DNA of 64,000 nucleotides from Sphyrna mokarran. Its lineage: Eukaryota. The stretch is taken from positions 50,344,001 through 50,408,000 of the forward strand of contig JAGIQG010000007.1 in the NCBI GenBank assembly GCA_024679065.1. Direction: 5' to 3'. Each line of letters begins with the position of its first letter. The first letter of the stretch is position 1. Under the pieces are notes generated by a model. It saw only the letters and a list, made by a program, of their open reading frames with translations. It was not told where the DNA came from and did not search any database. Made by a program: the position numbers and the translations under genes. Below are positions 1 to 13,265 of the stretch, in pieces.

Positions 1-384
1 AATCATCTCAGCTATCTGCATTCATCTAATTCTTGCCACTTGGGCATCCTGGATTATAATTGAATGACTTTGGTACCTAGGCTCTAAGCTCTGGAATCCC
101 CTTCCAAATCTCTCTGGATCTCTAACTCTTTCCCCTTTTAAGATGCTTCTTAAAACCTGCCATTTTGACAAAGCTTTGTTCCCTATTATTGCCTTATTTG
201 ATTCTTGAAGCTTGTTCTATAATGCTCCTATGAAGCATCTTGGGACATTTTACCTATGGTAAAGGTGCTATATAAATATAGTGTGACTGTGATATAATGT
301 GTTTTGTTTTAATGCATGTTTTGGCGGAATGGTAAGGAATTTGTTTTAACTCAAAATTTAGTGCCATTTTGGGACTGATTGCAG

Positions 385-480
385 ATTGACATTGAGATCA
401 ATGGAGATCCAGTGGATCTGCACATGAAGTTGGGAGATAATGGAGAAGCTTTCTTTGTACAAGAAACAGAGCAAGAAAAT
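385..480 (+). CDS. LPIN2: LPIN2 exon (N-LIP: [32 protein letters not shown])
   Basis: gcag|ATT...AAT|gtatgt, 96 nt, contains the conserved [12 protein letters not shown] motif. Confidence 0.96.
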
Positions 481-1439
481 GTATGTAACAATTTTAATTT
501 CATTTGTGAATGTTTAATTGAAATATGTGATGGTGTATTTCTGCCTTATGACAAATAGCTAAGAAAACTGCTTGCCCCTTTATCCAAACCTTTAAGTTAA
601 ATGTTGACCATACCCCTCATGGCTGGCAGTGTTCCATGTACTGCATACTATCTAAATGAAATTCAATTGGAATCCGCTTAGTTTCCCCTATTTTCCTCCC
701 CCACTTCATTTGCCACGTTATTTAATGCTGCAGTAAAGAATAAGCATACATGAAACCACCAGTGTAACAAGTATTGAAAAGGGTGAGTTGATGGGTATTT
801 GATCATGATCACGTGCATAGTCATTAGAAAATGTTGTAGTGTGGGTTATAGAAAGAAAACAGGTTTAGTAATAAATGAACAATTTAGTAACGAATAAATG
901 AAGAATTATTAGCTCAGTTACCATTGTTTTTAAATTATTTTGATATCTTGATTTTAGAGCTATGAAGATCATATTTAAATAGAATTTTAATAAATAATTT
1001 GGTTCACTGAGAAAAATGGACTGAGAATTTACTGGGGATCCAGAAAGAGTGTCTGTGGATAACTTTCAAGAATGTGAAATTCCTGGGCTGCTGCTCCACT
1101 ATCAAGCACAAACTTGATGGCTTTTTGGAGCTATATTTGGAGCCAGCACTGTCTCAGGTTGGGCAGCCATCATCAATCACATATCTCATTTGGCATTAGT
1201 AGCAGCAGCCAGGTGAGGAAGAGGAAGATTGGAGCAGCTCAATACTCTTCCAACATGCCTGAGGAAGTTTGGGAATAACTCCCTGGAAAAACAGCTGGGT
1301 ACTTGATTTCATCTTGTTCTGTTGAGTTTCAAGGTGATCAGACCTGATAAACAATTACATGCACGGATTTCAGAATTAGTTTCTTCTTGCCTTGGTTTCC
1401 TCAATACCATTGTGCGTGTTGATTGGTATTATTTTACTT

Positions 1440-1945
1440 TTAAAATTCATTTTTGGGACATGAGTGTTGCTGGCTGGGCAGCATTTATTGCCTTTTCCTT
1501 GTTGCCCTTGTTCAGAGGGCAGGTGAGAGTCAACCATGTTGCTGTGGCCCTGGAATCACCTGCAGGTGATCCAAAGTAAGGATGGCAGATTTCCTTCCCT
1601 AAACAACATTAGTGAACCAGATGGGTTTTTCTGACAATAGTTTCGTGATGTAGAGATGCTGGCATTGGACTGGGTAAACACACAAGTCTGACAACACCAG
1701 GTTTAAATCCAACTGATTTATTTGATAGTAAATACTATCAAATAAATGGGTTGGATTTAAACCTGGTGTTGTCAGACTTACAATAGTTTCATGGTCATCA
1801 GTAAATTCTTAATTCCATGTTTTTTTTTTATATTGAATTCAAATTTGACATCTGCAGTGGCATGATTTGAATTTGGGTCCCCACAACATTAGCTGAGTTT
1901 CTGGATTTGTAGTCTAGTGATAATACCAATAGGCCATCATCTCCC
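1440..1945 (-). mobile_element. SINE-like repeat of a second family (second copy at 49920-50290, partial + copy near 42770-42940)
   Basis: Long collinear similarity between 1440-1945 and 49920-50290; B-box-like ggattcgaacc in the second copy. Confidence 0.7.
1648..1779 (+). mobile_element. Short fold-back insertion with 14-bp target-site duplication
   Basis: 47-bp inverted arms at 1684-1730 and 1733-1779; TSD acaatagtttc(g/a)tg at 1634-1647 and 1780-1793. Confidence 0.85.
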
Positions 1946-3329
1946 TCCCCAAATACATCTGTTGATTGGATAATCAAAGCTGGGATTGTTTCTTCTAGAA
2001 GTGGGAATTAGTGCAGAAATTTGAAAAGCTGTGCTGCAAGAATTGCATGAAATTTTTTTGTCTGAACCTCCTTCCTAATTTTTGTTAAAAGATGTGGTAG
2101 AGATGTGTTAGTGAGACTGCCACCCAAATTGTCACTCTTATGTATGCATAGGGAAGAAGCTCTTTTTTGCTCATAAATTTGCCATTGAGCAAAATTAACA
2201 ATCCTGACAAGTTTTGATGCATTCAAGGTCAGTTTCACACCACATGGGTAGAAGACAGGCTGTTGTGAGTTAGACTACAAATGTATTAATCAACCTGTTC
2301 AGAGTCATTAGTTTTCTGCCTGCACCCAAAATGAAAGTCATCCTCATTCAATTTTGTTTTTCCACGTGTATTTAGTGATCAAACACGATAAAACGGCTTC
2401 TTTGTTTGAGTGGGCAGGTGAGAAAAAAACTGGGTTTTTATTGAAAATGTATGTTCCTGGTTTTATGTCATGGTTAGATCCTTTCAAGATAGAACAATAT
2501 TGCCAAATGTAGGTAATATAAAAGTTTTTTGCTATTCCATTTCTTCAAAGGAACAAGTAGCCACAAGCCTATCTAAAGTCTAATCATACTTATTATATTT
2601 TTAAACAAAAATGAATACTGCTGCCATTCAAACTAGTACTCATCAATCAGGAAAAATGCCCCCCATTGACTCACTTTTGAAGGAAATGGTGTGGAGCAAG
2701 AGATGAAAGCTTTGTTGAACTGAAGTGTAGTTGAGCAGTTCTTTGCATATTCGGAGACTGATCTGCAGCAATTACACTTACAGATGGTTGCATGGGGCAC
2801 ATTAATTCTTTCCTTTATTGTCTAAGAAATTGTATTTTAAAAAGCTGATGAGCGCAGAGTTGGCTTTCCAGATATCCACTGCTATTTAAAGAAGGCACTA
2901 AGGCAGGAGGTCATCCTTCTGCTAAAAACAAGTTGCTTCCTTTGTTGAAATCATATGTTTTAAGCAGCAGCCAAGACATGTGGTTTTAATTAGAAGTTTT
3001 GAATAGACCTTTGTAAGAAAGTATTCTCGCCACCCTCTTGATATCATCAGCAGATGGTTTCCTTCATTTTGTTTTTAATGCCCTTTCTAATGGTTTTGGG
3101 TCTAACAGATTTGATCTACTAGAAAACTATGAACTGAAGCAAGACCTTGTACTCTAAAGGTGACCATGCTGCAGGAAAATAACCTTAGGATCGTACGTTG
3201 AAATTATGGAGGAGTTTTCACTTTCACAATAGTTTTCCATCACTTCAGAAATTACCAATTCCACTTGCATCAAGACATTTTGTATTTGGCCAAACTATTC
3301 GTCATTCACAGAAATAAGCAATAATATAT

Positions 3330-4010
3330 AAACATGCATGTGAACAAGCCTGCTGTGTCATTTATTAGGTTATGGCTGATCTGATTTCAGGCAGACCTGA
3401 AATCTGCATCCTGCCTACCCCCAATACACTACCATCCACTTGCTTCCCAAGAACCTACTCATCTCTGCTTTAAAAATATTCAAAGACACTCTTTCCAGCA
3501 ACTTTTCAGAGTTCTAAAGTTTCATGACTTAGTAAAACAATTTCGCCTCATCTCCATTTTAATCAGACAGCCCCTTAATTGTTGAACAACCCTTAGTTCT
3601 TGATTTTTAGAACTCTCAAAAAGAAACATCCTCTCCACGTTCACCCTGTTGAAATCCTTCAGCATCTATGTTTCAATCAAGTCACTTCTTACTTTTGTCT
3701 CTAATGGATACAAACCTAGCCTGTCCAAACTTCCCCAAAAGACAGTCCATCCACTCCAGATAATCTAGTAAACCTTTTCTGAATTGCTTCCAATGTATTT
3801 GTATTCTTGAATAAATTGACTAATGCTATATTCTGTACTCCAGATTGGTCTGTGTCCGGCACACCTGAAGCATAACCTTCATACTTTTGTGTTCAATTTC
3901 CATCATAGTTGTTAGCTATCCTAATTACTTGCTGTAGCTGCACGAGACTTTTGTGATTCATGCTCTAGAACACCCAAATTCCATGCCAGAACTACGTACT
4001 CTCTGCCACT
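3330..4010 (-). mobile_element. Old CR1 3' fragment
   Basis: Degenerate similarity to the reverse complement of CR1 ORF2 3' region; similar to 54790-55230. Confidence 0.55.
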
Positions 4011-5165
4011 TGAACGACATGAAAGAGACTATGTCTAAATAAAAATCATATCTTCAGTAATGTAGAGTTGGATTTTCCTGCTTCATGACAATGGGATTGG
4101 AGGCAGAAGAGTGAGAAACTTGGAAGTTGCTGCATTGGGGCACCTTCCTGACTCATTCCCACCCCATGGATATTTCTGTTCCCTGCACAAGGAAGACAGG
4201 CAGTCAGATAGAGGTTATTTTGCTGTCTGCAGAGGCTGCCATCTCAATGTTGAGTTGCCCTCGGATCCTATATCTGCCTCAGCAGCATCAACATCAAATC
4301 TTCTTCCACTATCCTTAATAGAGATGCTATTTTAATTAGGAAACCCTCTCTGGGAAGATTGTGTTGCTGGGAGTCTTCGATCAAGTGCTGATTTGGGACC
4401 TTCATTTGGCCGTCTTTAGAGTAGAAGGTCATATTGTAAAATCCATCTGAGCAATCTTTTAATTAAAAGTAATTTTAAACATTAGCTCAGTTTAAGTGAT
4501 TCACCTCAGCATTGCCAGAATAATTTACAGGAATCTGTTTTCTTAGGCAGCTGTAGGAAAGGCAAGCTCACCTATGTAGTCAGACATCTTCCCACATTTC
4601 TCTTCCACACCAACCTGCACAAACTCGCTTCCCAACACTTTCCAGGCAAGTTGCATGTCTGATTCCCTTGGTTGTATGTTCCCATTAGAAATTTTCAGCC
4701 ACAAATAGAATATGACCCAGGCTGCAGCCTCTGAAGGTTTGGGACAGGCCCCATGTTCTGAATGATATGACTTAATGGTTTTTATTTTGTGTTTTTTAAA
4801 AAAGATGGCAGCTGCTTAATACAAATCCACTAGTACAGTAAAAGATATTCTTCAGAGGTTATGTTTGCAGCTTTTATTTCTTATGGGCTTAAATGCTTCC
4901 TTTTAGGAAATTGATGGAACATAGTCTTCATGTTCCATCAATGGATATGAATCTACATTTTAAAATACAACTTGCAAACTGCAAAAGAATTTATAGTTAC
5001 AGGTGGTCAGTATTTTCTTTTGAACTTACAACTTTCCCTCTGCTTCTGAACAATATCGTAAAAAAAAAATTTGCCACATTCATTTTTTAAATTAAAAACT
5101 TGTAATTTTTTTGTTATGTTTATAATTTATGCTCCAATGACTTTGCAACTTGTTTCTATCACTAG

Positions 5166-5470
5166 GAGAAAGTTCCTCCTCACCTGGCTACCTCTCCCAT
5201 TCCTACAGAAGAAGGGCAGTTCTTCAAAGATATGCAGCTGAATTTGAGCAAATCTAAAATAGACACTGGAATGGAACAGGATTTGAATACAGTTCAGGGC
5301 ACAACTTTGGAGACCTCAATCTGTACCAACTCAGTAAAGAAGAAAAAAAGGAGGAAGAAGAAATTTAAACCAGATGGCAAAAAGGAAGACCGTGCTCCAT
5401 CAGCTGGCAGTGAAGACATATTTGAAATGGATATGAGTTCTGATGAAGACCAACAGACACATTCTCCCAG
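5166..5470 (+). CDS. LPIN2: LPIN2 exon with polybasic NLS (EKVPPHLATSPIPTEE...VKKKKRRKKKFK...HSPR)
   Basis: ctag|GAG...CCCAG|gtaaaa, 305 nt; overlaps ORF 5232-5474. Confidence 0.94.
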
Positions 5471-6552
5471 GTAAAAACTAACTTCTAGTTTGTAATTCTT
5501 ATTCCTTTTGCCCTTTACTGAGCTATTCTTGATTCCAAAAACTAAGTTTTCAAAAAAGAAAAATTATATCTTGAGACTAAATACATAAATACTAATCTAT
5601 TGTAATAGAGTTCTGTTGTAGAACTATTTGAATGTCAACCAATTTAGTAATATCTTGCAAATAAGCTTATTTTAGATTACTCTTTTGTAGAATTGCACAA
5701 CTTTAGAGCTAGCAATTGACATACTTTTAGTAATCTGCTTACTAAATTAAACAATCCTTGTTATTACCTTTATTCTCAGTAGTTACTGAATACGAGTCTG
5801 TTTTCATCATTAGTCATCACTATGTATTTACAATTCAATAGAAATAATAAAGTCTACAATGTGTAGTTTATTGATTGTCAAATCTATTGTAGTTTTTAGT
5901 TTCTAAAAATGGAAGGTCACTGATCAGAAAGTTCTATTTTCTTCAGCCATTTGTAATGTAACAGGTCTGATTTTGTTGAAAATGTAACTGTGCACTACTC
6001 GGACACCATTGTTACTGCACAAATTGATCAGCCACATGTAGACAGGAACAGATACCTAATGAATTGCAAGTTTCTGGTTGTTTGCATCTTGGCTTCTCCT
6101 GATTTTCAGAAAATTATTGCATTAGTGCATGAAATGAGATGCAACTTTGAGTAATTAATAACATAAGGATCTTCTACAATGTGACAAAGTAAGCTTTCAT
6201 ACAGCAGCAATCAAGTGTTAAATCTTAGTCCTTTAGTTTTTGAATTGTTTTAGGAGACTTTTAAAAGATTTTTTGGAAAAAGACCAGGGAAGCCTTTTGA
6301 TGGAAGCCTGATCTGTATTTGATTCATTGGTTAGTTCAGTAACACAGTAGCTTCTGAGTTCAGGAAAGTTAAATTATCCAATGATCTTTTGCTCACCGCC
6401 TTCCAGTAAGTTCTGGTGGAAAAGTGAACTACTTTGGCAGTTGTGATAAGACCAACCTTAACTATGATGGTCTATGTGATATAATAGCCTTTCTTTACTT
6501 ACTGTAGACTTGCATCTTGCCACCATATTCTAACTGTGTTTAGTTGTATAGC

Positions 6553-7394
6553 TGAGGGCTGCAGAAGGACTTGATAGATTGGCAGAGTGGGCAAAGAAGT
6601 GGCAGATGGGATACAATGTGGAAAAGTGTGAGGTTATGCACTTTGGAAGGAGGAATGGAAGCATAGACTACTTTCTAAATGGGAAAATGCTTAGCAAGTC
6701 AGAAACACAAAGGGATTTGGGTGTCTGTGTTCAAGATTCTCAAGTTCACATGCCGGTTCAGTCAACAGTTAGGAAGGCGAGTGCATTCATGTCAAGAGGA
6801 CTAGAATACAAGAGCAGAGATGTCTTGAGGCTATATACAGCTCTGGTCAGACCCCATTTGGAGTATTGTGAGCAGTTTTGGACTCCATACTAAGGAAGGA
6901 TGTGCTGGACTTGACTTGAAAAGAGTCCAGAGGAGGTTCACAAGAATGATCTGTGGAATGAAGAGCTTGTCTTATGAGGAACAGTTGAGGATTCTAGGTC
7001 TGTACTCGTTGGAGATTAAGATGAGGGAAGATCTTATTGAAACTTGCAGGATGCTGTGAGGCCTGGATAGAGTGGATGTGGAGAGGATGTTTTCACTTCT
7101 AGGAAAAACTAGAAGCAGAGGAAATAACCTCAGACTAAAGGGACAATCCTTTAAAACTGATGAGAAATTTCTTCAGCCAGCGTGGTGAATCTGTGGAACT
7201 CTTTGCCGCAGAAGGCTGTTGAGGTCGGGTTTTGAGCCTCTAAGACAGAGATAGGTTCTTGATTAATAAGGGCTCAGGGATTATGGGGAAAAGCTAGGAA
7301 AATGGAAATGAGAAAAAACATGGCCATAATTGAATGGCAGAGCAGACTTGATGGGCTGAGTGGCCCAATTCTGCTCCTATGTCTTATGGTCTTA
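6553..7394 (+). mobile_element. CR1 LINE 3' fragment with ordinary short 3' UTR
   Basis: ORFs 6579-6893 and 6868-7059 (KCEVMHFG, LVRPHLEYC); ends in tatgtcttatggtctta. Confidence 0.9.
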
Positions 7395-8116
7395 AGCCAC
7401 TGCCTTCTGGAGAACTGGGAATCAAGTATCCCTGATTCACTTAATTTGAAGCATCTGATATTCTGTGTTTAATGATTCATTTTGTATGCAAACTTTTGTG
7501 ACCAGAAGTCATGATAGTGTAAGGAGACGGACCGCTTGATGATGATGCTCGTTTAATGCACTCAATAATAAAGATTTCGAAATTATTATTTTCATTCCTT
7601 GTTTGTCCCCATTTATTTTGCAATGAATTATTTCTGGATCACTAATCATTTGGTTGCTTTGCTTTGTGTCAGAGACTTCATTTGAGTACTCATTAAGTGC
7701 AACTTGAATGGGGCTTTGTGCAAGTGTTTGTTTCCTACCTCCGACTTTATTTCTTTAGACCTATTGTTTGCTTGAGAGAGGGAGAAAAAGTATACTTTTG
7801 ATACTCGAAAGGACATTACACTTCTTGTTCCTCGGAGTTTGAATCCAACTCTACAATATTATTTTTCAAAATTCAATGTAACATTATAGTCCTTCCAATT
7901 GCATTTAGAGGCTTTTCAAAGTTTTAATCTGCCTTTTCAGCACTTTAGTTGCCAGAATGTTCTTGACGTTATTGAAAGCAATCATCATGGAAGTCCAGTC
8001 ATTTAGAAAAATTTGAAGCAGATATTTTCAGTCTATTATATAATTGTCATTCTATGAAAGAACGTGCTGATGTTATAAGGGTGAATACAAAGCATTACCC
8101 ATTGTTATTTATGCAG

Positions 8117-8224
8117 GGGGTTGATGTACACCTCTTTAAAGGACAATGAGTTGAAAGAATCTGCAGCCTTTTCCCATGAGGTCAATTACCCATTTTCTGA
8201 TGGTGACTGGTCTCCGATTGAGAG
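8117..8224 (+). CDS. LPIN2: LPIN2 exon (GLMYTSLKD...YPFSDGDWSPIE)
   Basis: gcag|G...GAGAG|gtatgt, 108 nt, phase-compatible, SDGDWSP motif. Confidence 0.9.
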
Positions 8225-8485
8225 GTATGTAATATGATCTTGTATGAAAGCATGTTATAACTTTCTCCATTGACTATATGTAAAATCTGCATTTCAATAA
8301 AATATAATTCATTGGCTCAGACTCTCAATTGCAGACGTTTTCTCTTGTGATGTGTAACCTGCTCGTATGAATAAAAGCAATTGAATTATGTTATCTCGGT
8401 CATACTGACTGGTCTAGAACAGATTGGACATTCTGGCTTCCCCAAGTCTTGAAATACCAATGCCACGATACTAACAAGTAATGAT

Positions 8486-8800
8486 ATCATAGAATCGTTG
8501 AATCATAGAATCCCTACAATGCAGAAGATCTGCCATTCAACCCATCAAAACTGACTCTGTGACAGAGCATCCTATTCTGGCCCTTTCCCCATAACCCTGG
8601 ACACTGAGGGGTAAGTTAGCATGGCCAGTTATCCTAACCTGCACATCTTTGGACTATTGAAGGAAACTGGAGCACCTGGAGGCGTCCACACAGGCATGGA
8701 GAATGCACAATCTCCATACAGTCACCCAAGCCCAGAGTTGAATCCAGGTCTCTGGAGCTGAGAGACAACTGTCTTGATTACTGTCACTGTGCTGACCATG
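8486..8800 (-). mobile_element. HE1-like V-SINE
   Basis: catagaat tail repeats; reverse-complement V core gcacatctttggact..ggaaactggagcacctgg. Confidence 0.75.
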
Positions 8801-9178
8801 TACATATTATACATCATGCAAATGTCTGCAATGACTCTGAATTTTGTTTGAAACTGACGTGAGCATTGTGATTTCCATGCAGAAAGGCTATATTGCTGAG
8901 CACAAAGGGTCAGCTTAACAGCTAGGTGCACCAGAAAGTCCTAGCGTAAGAAACATTTGTTCATGCCTAAATGCAGTAGGTTGGGAATCATTTCTCAATA
9001 TTCATGAGTGTTCAGGCAATTAGCATAGAAATGTTTAGAATATTATATTCACAACTTGTCTATTCATGGATGAGAAGGGAATGGTTTAGTTAGGAGGGGC
9101 ATTGCTTTTTATTTTGGTCGGCACAACATCGAAGGCCGAAGGGCCTGTTCTGTGCTGTATTGTTCTATGTTCTATGTT

Positions 9179-11838
9179 CATAGATCATAGAACCCTACAG
9201 TACAGAAGGAGGCTCTTCAGCCATTCGAGTCTGCACCAATCACAATCCCATCCAGGCCCTACCCCCATACCTCTACATATTATACCCTCTAACCTACACA
9301 TCCCTGAACACTAAGGGGCAATTTCTTAGCATGGCCGATCAACCTAACCCACACATCTTTGGACTGAGAGGAAACCAGAGTACCTGGAGGAAACCTGTGC
9401 AGACACGAGGAGAATTAATTATTAATTTTTTTTTTTATTAAGCAACACAGCACGGGAAACAGGCCCTTCGGCCCAACGAGCCCGCGCCGCCATCATACCA
9501 AATACATTATCCTATTTTAATATTCCTATATAATAATATATATATTATTTCTAATATGGAAAATTTTCACCATAGGGGCAATTTGTTTCCCAATCAGCCT
9601 AAGAGCGAATTTTTGGGTTGTGGGAGGAAACCGGAGTGCCCGGAGAAAACCCACGCAACCACGGGGAGAACGCGCAAACTCCCGCAGACACCGGCCCAAT
9701 TCCCAAGTGTCTGCACAGCCACATCGATAGTCTCTGAGCTGTCATGGTGCCCTTCAGGTGGTCCACATAAAGCACTCATATACGACATGAGGTACCAGGC
9801 AACCCATGAATCAACATCCAAGAGCTGTACCCGCACCACCTGCCGAATGCATGCTCAAATTATGGACCGAATTACCTGTGGAAAAAAGCCGTAGTTTAAC
9901 AGTCCTAATATATCCCTCTATCTGCATACCGCTCATGTGGCTGTCCAAGAGACCCTTAAACAGCCCCAGCGTGCCTGCTCCCACCACCTTACTCGGCAGT
10001 GCATTCCACACCCCCACTACCCGTTGTGTGAAAAACTGCCCTCTAATATTCGTCCTATACATAGCCCCCCTCACCCTATGGCCATGACCTCTCGTCCTAT
10101 TCATTTCTAAAGGTGGAAAAAGTTTACCTCCATTTACTCTATCTATACCCCTTATAATCTTATACACCTCTATGAGATCCCCTCTAAGCCGACGTCTTTC
10201 AAGGGAAAAAAACCCCAGTCTATCTAATCGTTCCTCATAGGACAGTCCTTCCATACCAGGCAGCATCCTGGTAAACCTCCTCTGCACTCTCTCCCAGGAC
10301 TCCACATCCTTCCGATAGTACGGAGACCAGAACTGGGCGCAGTATTCCAAGTGAGGCCTAACCAAAGTTGTATACAACTGCAACATCAAACTCCTACTCT
10401 TATATTCTATACCCTTTTCTATGAAAGCTAACATACGATACGCCTTCTTTGTCACCTTCTCCACCTGTGAGGACACCTTCAGAGACTTGTGAACCTGCAC
10501 CCCCAAGTCTCTCTGCGTCGCTATGCTCCTTATAGTTTTACCTTTTATCCTATAATTCTCTTCTACATTTTTCCGGCCAAAATGCATCACCTCGCATTTT
10601 TCCGGATTAAATTCCATTTGCCATCTATCTGCCCAATCTACCAACCTGTCTATGTCCTGTTGTATTGCCTGACACTGCTCTTCTGTACCCACCAATCCAA
10701 GCATCTTGGTGTCATCAGCAAATTTGCTGATCTCACCACCTACCCCAACTTCCAAGTCGTTTACGTAGACCACAAATAGAAGAGGACCTAGTACTGAGCC
10801 TTGTGGCACTCCACTAGTGACAGGCTTCCAGCCGGAAAAAAAGCCTTCCACTATTACCCTCTGTCTCCTCCTCCCGAGCCAGTTCTCGACCCATCTACAT
10901 ACCCGACCCTGTATCCCATGCGCCTTCAACTTCTCTATCAGTCTACCATGAGGAAACTTGTCAAACGCCTTACTGAAATCCATGTAGACGACATCAACAG
11001 CATGTCCTTCATCAACTGTTTTTGTCACTTCAAAAAATTCCACTAGATTTGTAAGACAAGACTTCCCCTTGACGAAGCCATGCTGCGTATCCCTGATCAG
11101 ATCAGATCGCAGCGCTCCAGATGCTCATACATCCTGTCCCTAAGGATCCTCTCCATTAGCTTACCTATAACTGAAGTCAAGCTCACCGGCCTATAGTTCC
11201 CTGGGTGATCCCTCTGACATTTTTTAAACAACGGTACTACGTTTGCTATCCTCCAGTCCTCTGGGACCTCACCTGTGTCCAAGGAAGAGACAAAGATTTG
11301 CGTCAGAGGCCCAGCCAAGTCTTCCCTCAACTCCCTTAGCAGCCTGGTGTAAATGCCATCAGGCCCCGGAGCTTTATATGTCTTTAAGCTGCCTAACAGC
11401 CCCAACACCTCTTTCCTCGTAATCCTTATTTCCCTCAACCAATCCTCAACTTTGTCAACATCACGCACAGACATCTGTCCAGTCTCCTGCGTGAATACCG
11501 ACGCAAAGTATTCATTCAGGATCTCCCCCATTCCCTCAGGCTCTAAGCATAGATCCCCTCCTCTGTCCCTAAGAGGTCCAATCTTGCCTCTAACCATCCT
11601 TTTGCTCCTTACCTAGGTGTAAAATGCCTTTGGATTTTCCTTAATCCTACCTGCCAGAGCCACCTCGTGGCCCCTTTTTGCCTTTCTAATACCCCTTTTA
11701 AGATCCCGTCTACACTCTCTATAAGCTTCCAGCGCTATCTAATGTGCAAACTCCACACAGTGGTTCAAGTTGGGAATCGAACTCAGGATCCTGGAGCTGT
11801 GAAGCAGCAGTGCTAACCACTGTGCTACCGTGCCGCCC
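9179..11838 (-). mobile_element. tRNA-derived V-domain SINE (shark HE1-like), split into 9179-9415 and 11741-11838
   Basis: Head GGGCGGCACGGTAGCACAGTGGTTAGCAC (A box) and GAGTTCGATTCC (B box) at 11838-11770; the body continues at 9415 across the LINE. Confidence 0.85.
9416..11740 (-). mobile_element. 5'-truncated young CR1 LINE with the same composite 3' UTR, inserted into a SINE
   Basis: ORFs 9811-11043 and 11097-11597 encode RT. Visible lesions are an ATCAG duplication near 11096-11105 and a TAG near 11613. Ends in an A-rich tail (T run 9426-9436). Confidence 0.93.
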
Positions 11839-12947
11839 ACAATGTTGAATCCCTTGAGCACCTCTAGTTTTTAAAACAGAATTAGTATTTGACAAAGTTC
11901 TGATACCATAGCACGAAATTGCTGCATTTTCCAATTGTGGCAATCCGTTTGTGTAGAACTGTTTTTGTGAAATCTGCCATAGATTTGCCACAGTTACATG
12001 CTTAATGTGAGCTTTGCTTGCAAGAGTGGATCTGATTTAGCTGAAGCTCATTTTGTTTTTGTCCAAGAAGAAATTTTGAATGACTTGTACATAAATATTT
12101 TGGCAATTTTGCAAGTGCTTCCTTTAGCTAAGTAGTCAGATACACATCCTTTACTGCACTGAGCCAACAGACCAGGAAAGTTCCAGCTTTCATTCTTGAT
12201 CTTATCAGGTTGGCAGGTCTCATTCTAAATAGCAGTGGAGTCCTGTAATTGCCCATATTTCCGACTGTTAATTGCTATTTGGGAAGTTCTCACATGATCG
12301 TTGTTTGCAGCTGCATTCAAATGCTGTTAACTATTTTTGAGTTGCTACATAAGAACATAAACAGGAGTAGGAGTAGGCCATCTAGCCCCTCAAGCCTGCC
12401 CCTCCATTCAATAAAATCATGGCTAATCTGAAGTGGATCAGTTCCACTTACCTGCCTGCTCCCCATAACATCATAATCATAACTCCATAACATTTAAACC
12501 CTTCTTTGTGCTCATTTCTGGTGAAGCACTTTGTTGTCTTGTTATTGGGCTAGAGATCTTGACTCTTTTGGCTGCCATTGCAGTAATGTGTGGGTAAGGT
12601 GACTTGTGTTGGTTTGGGCAAGATCCTAAAAAGCCCACTGTATGCACACAAAATTACCTCAGCTGTAAGCTGTAATTTTTAGAAGGAAGATAAAAGGGAA
12701 AATGTTACATTCCAGTTCTATTTTGAGCCGTGACTGCAGAAAACCCTTGTGCATTGTCATGTTGAGAAAAATATAGATTGCCAACTTAGCCCAAGGCTCT
12801 CCAGTGCCAGTGTTTTAGATTCTGTTTAAATTAGCTATGGTACGAGACATTTAGAACTGTTACTGTCAGATTTGTTTGCTTGTTCCAAAATATGATGTAT
12901 TCCATTGAAAATGCAGTTTCTCTTTCCTTTGTTTTACTTTCATTTAG

Positions 12948-13068
12948 CATGTCTGTTTCCCAGCCCTCTTCTCCTAAAAGTGACTCTGAATTAGTGATGA
13001 AACCATCTGATATGATGATGGAGTCCCACATGCAATGGGCATGGGGAGGATTTCCAGAATCAACAAGG
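12948..13068 (+). CDS. LPIN2: LPIN2 exon ([16 protein letters not shown]...[14 protein letters not shown])
   Basis: tttag|C...AAGG|gtaatt, 121 nt, lipin SPKSDSEL and WxWGxFP motifs. Confidence 0.94.
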
Positions 13069-13265
13069 GTAATTAATGAATTTAATTGAATTCTTTTGCA
13101 TTACTTTTCCTGCTGAAGTTACATTTTGACATTATCAGAATAAATATTAAAACTTTCAGATATACGTTAGATGGTTAGCTTTTTCTTATTGAGATATTGC
13201 CTTAAACACTAATTTTGACATGTAAGCATTTATAAAGCTCTTAAGGGTGGGGGGGGAAGGATCAC

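Noticed and set aside
9594-9839. 81-aa ORF across the hairpin and V domain as a possible third LINE ORF
   Set aside because: The homologous region of the 57 kb copy has stops in all three frames; conservation is in pairing, not codons.
9811-9900. C-terminal extension of ORF2 into the hairpin
   Set aside because: Absent from the sister copy, whose ORF2 stops at 57508; cannot be separated from a lost stop codon.
11770-11838. tRNA gene
   Set aside because: The A/B boxes belong to a SINE head that continues into the V body; no full cloverleaf.
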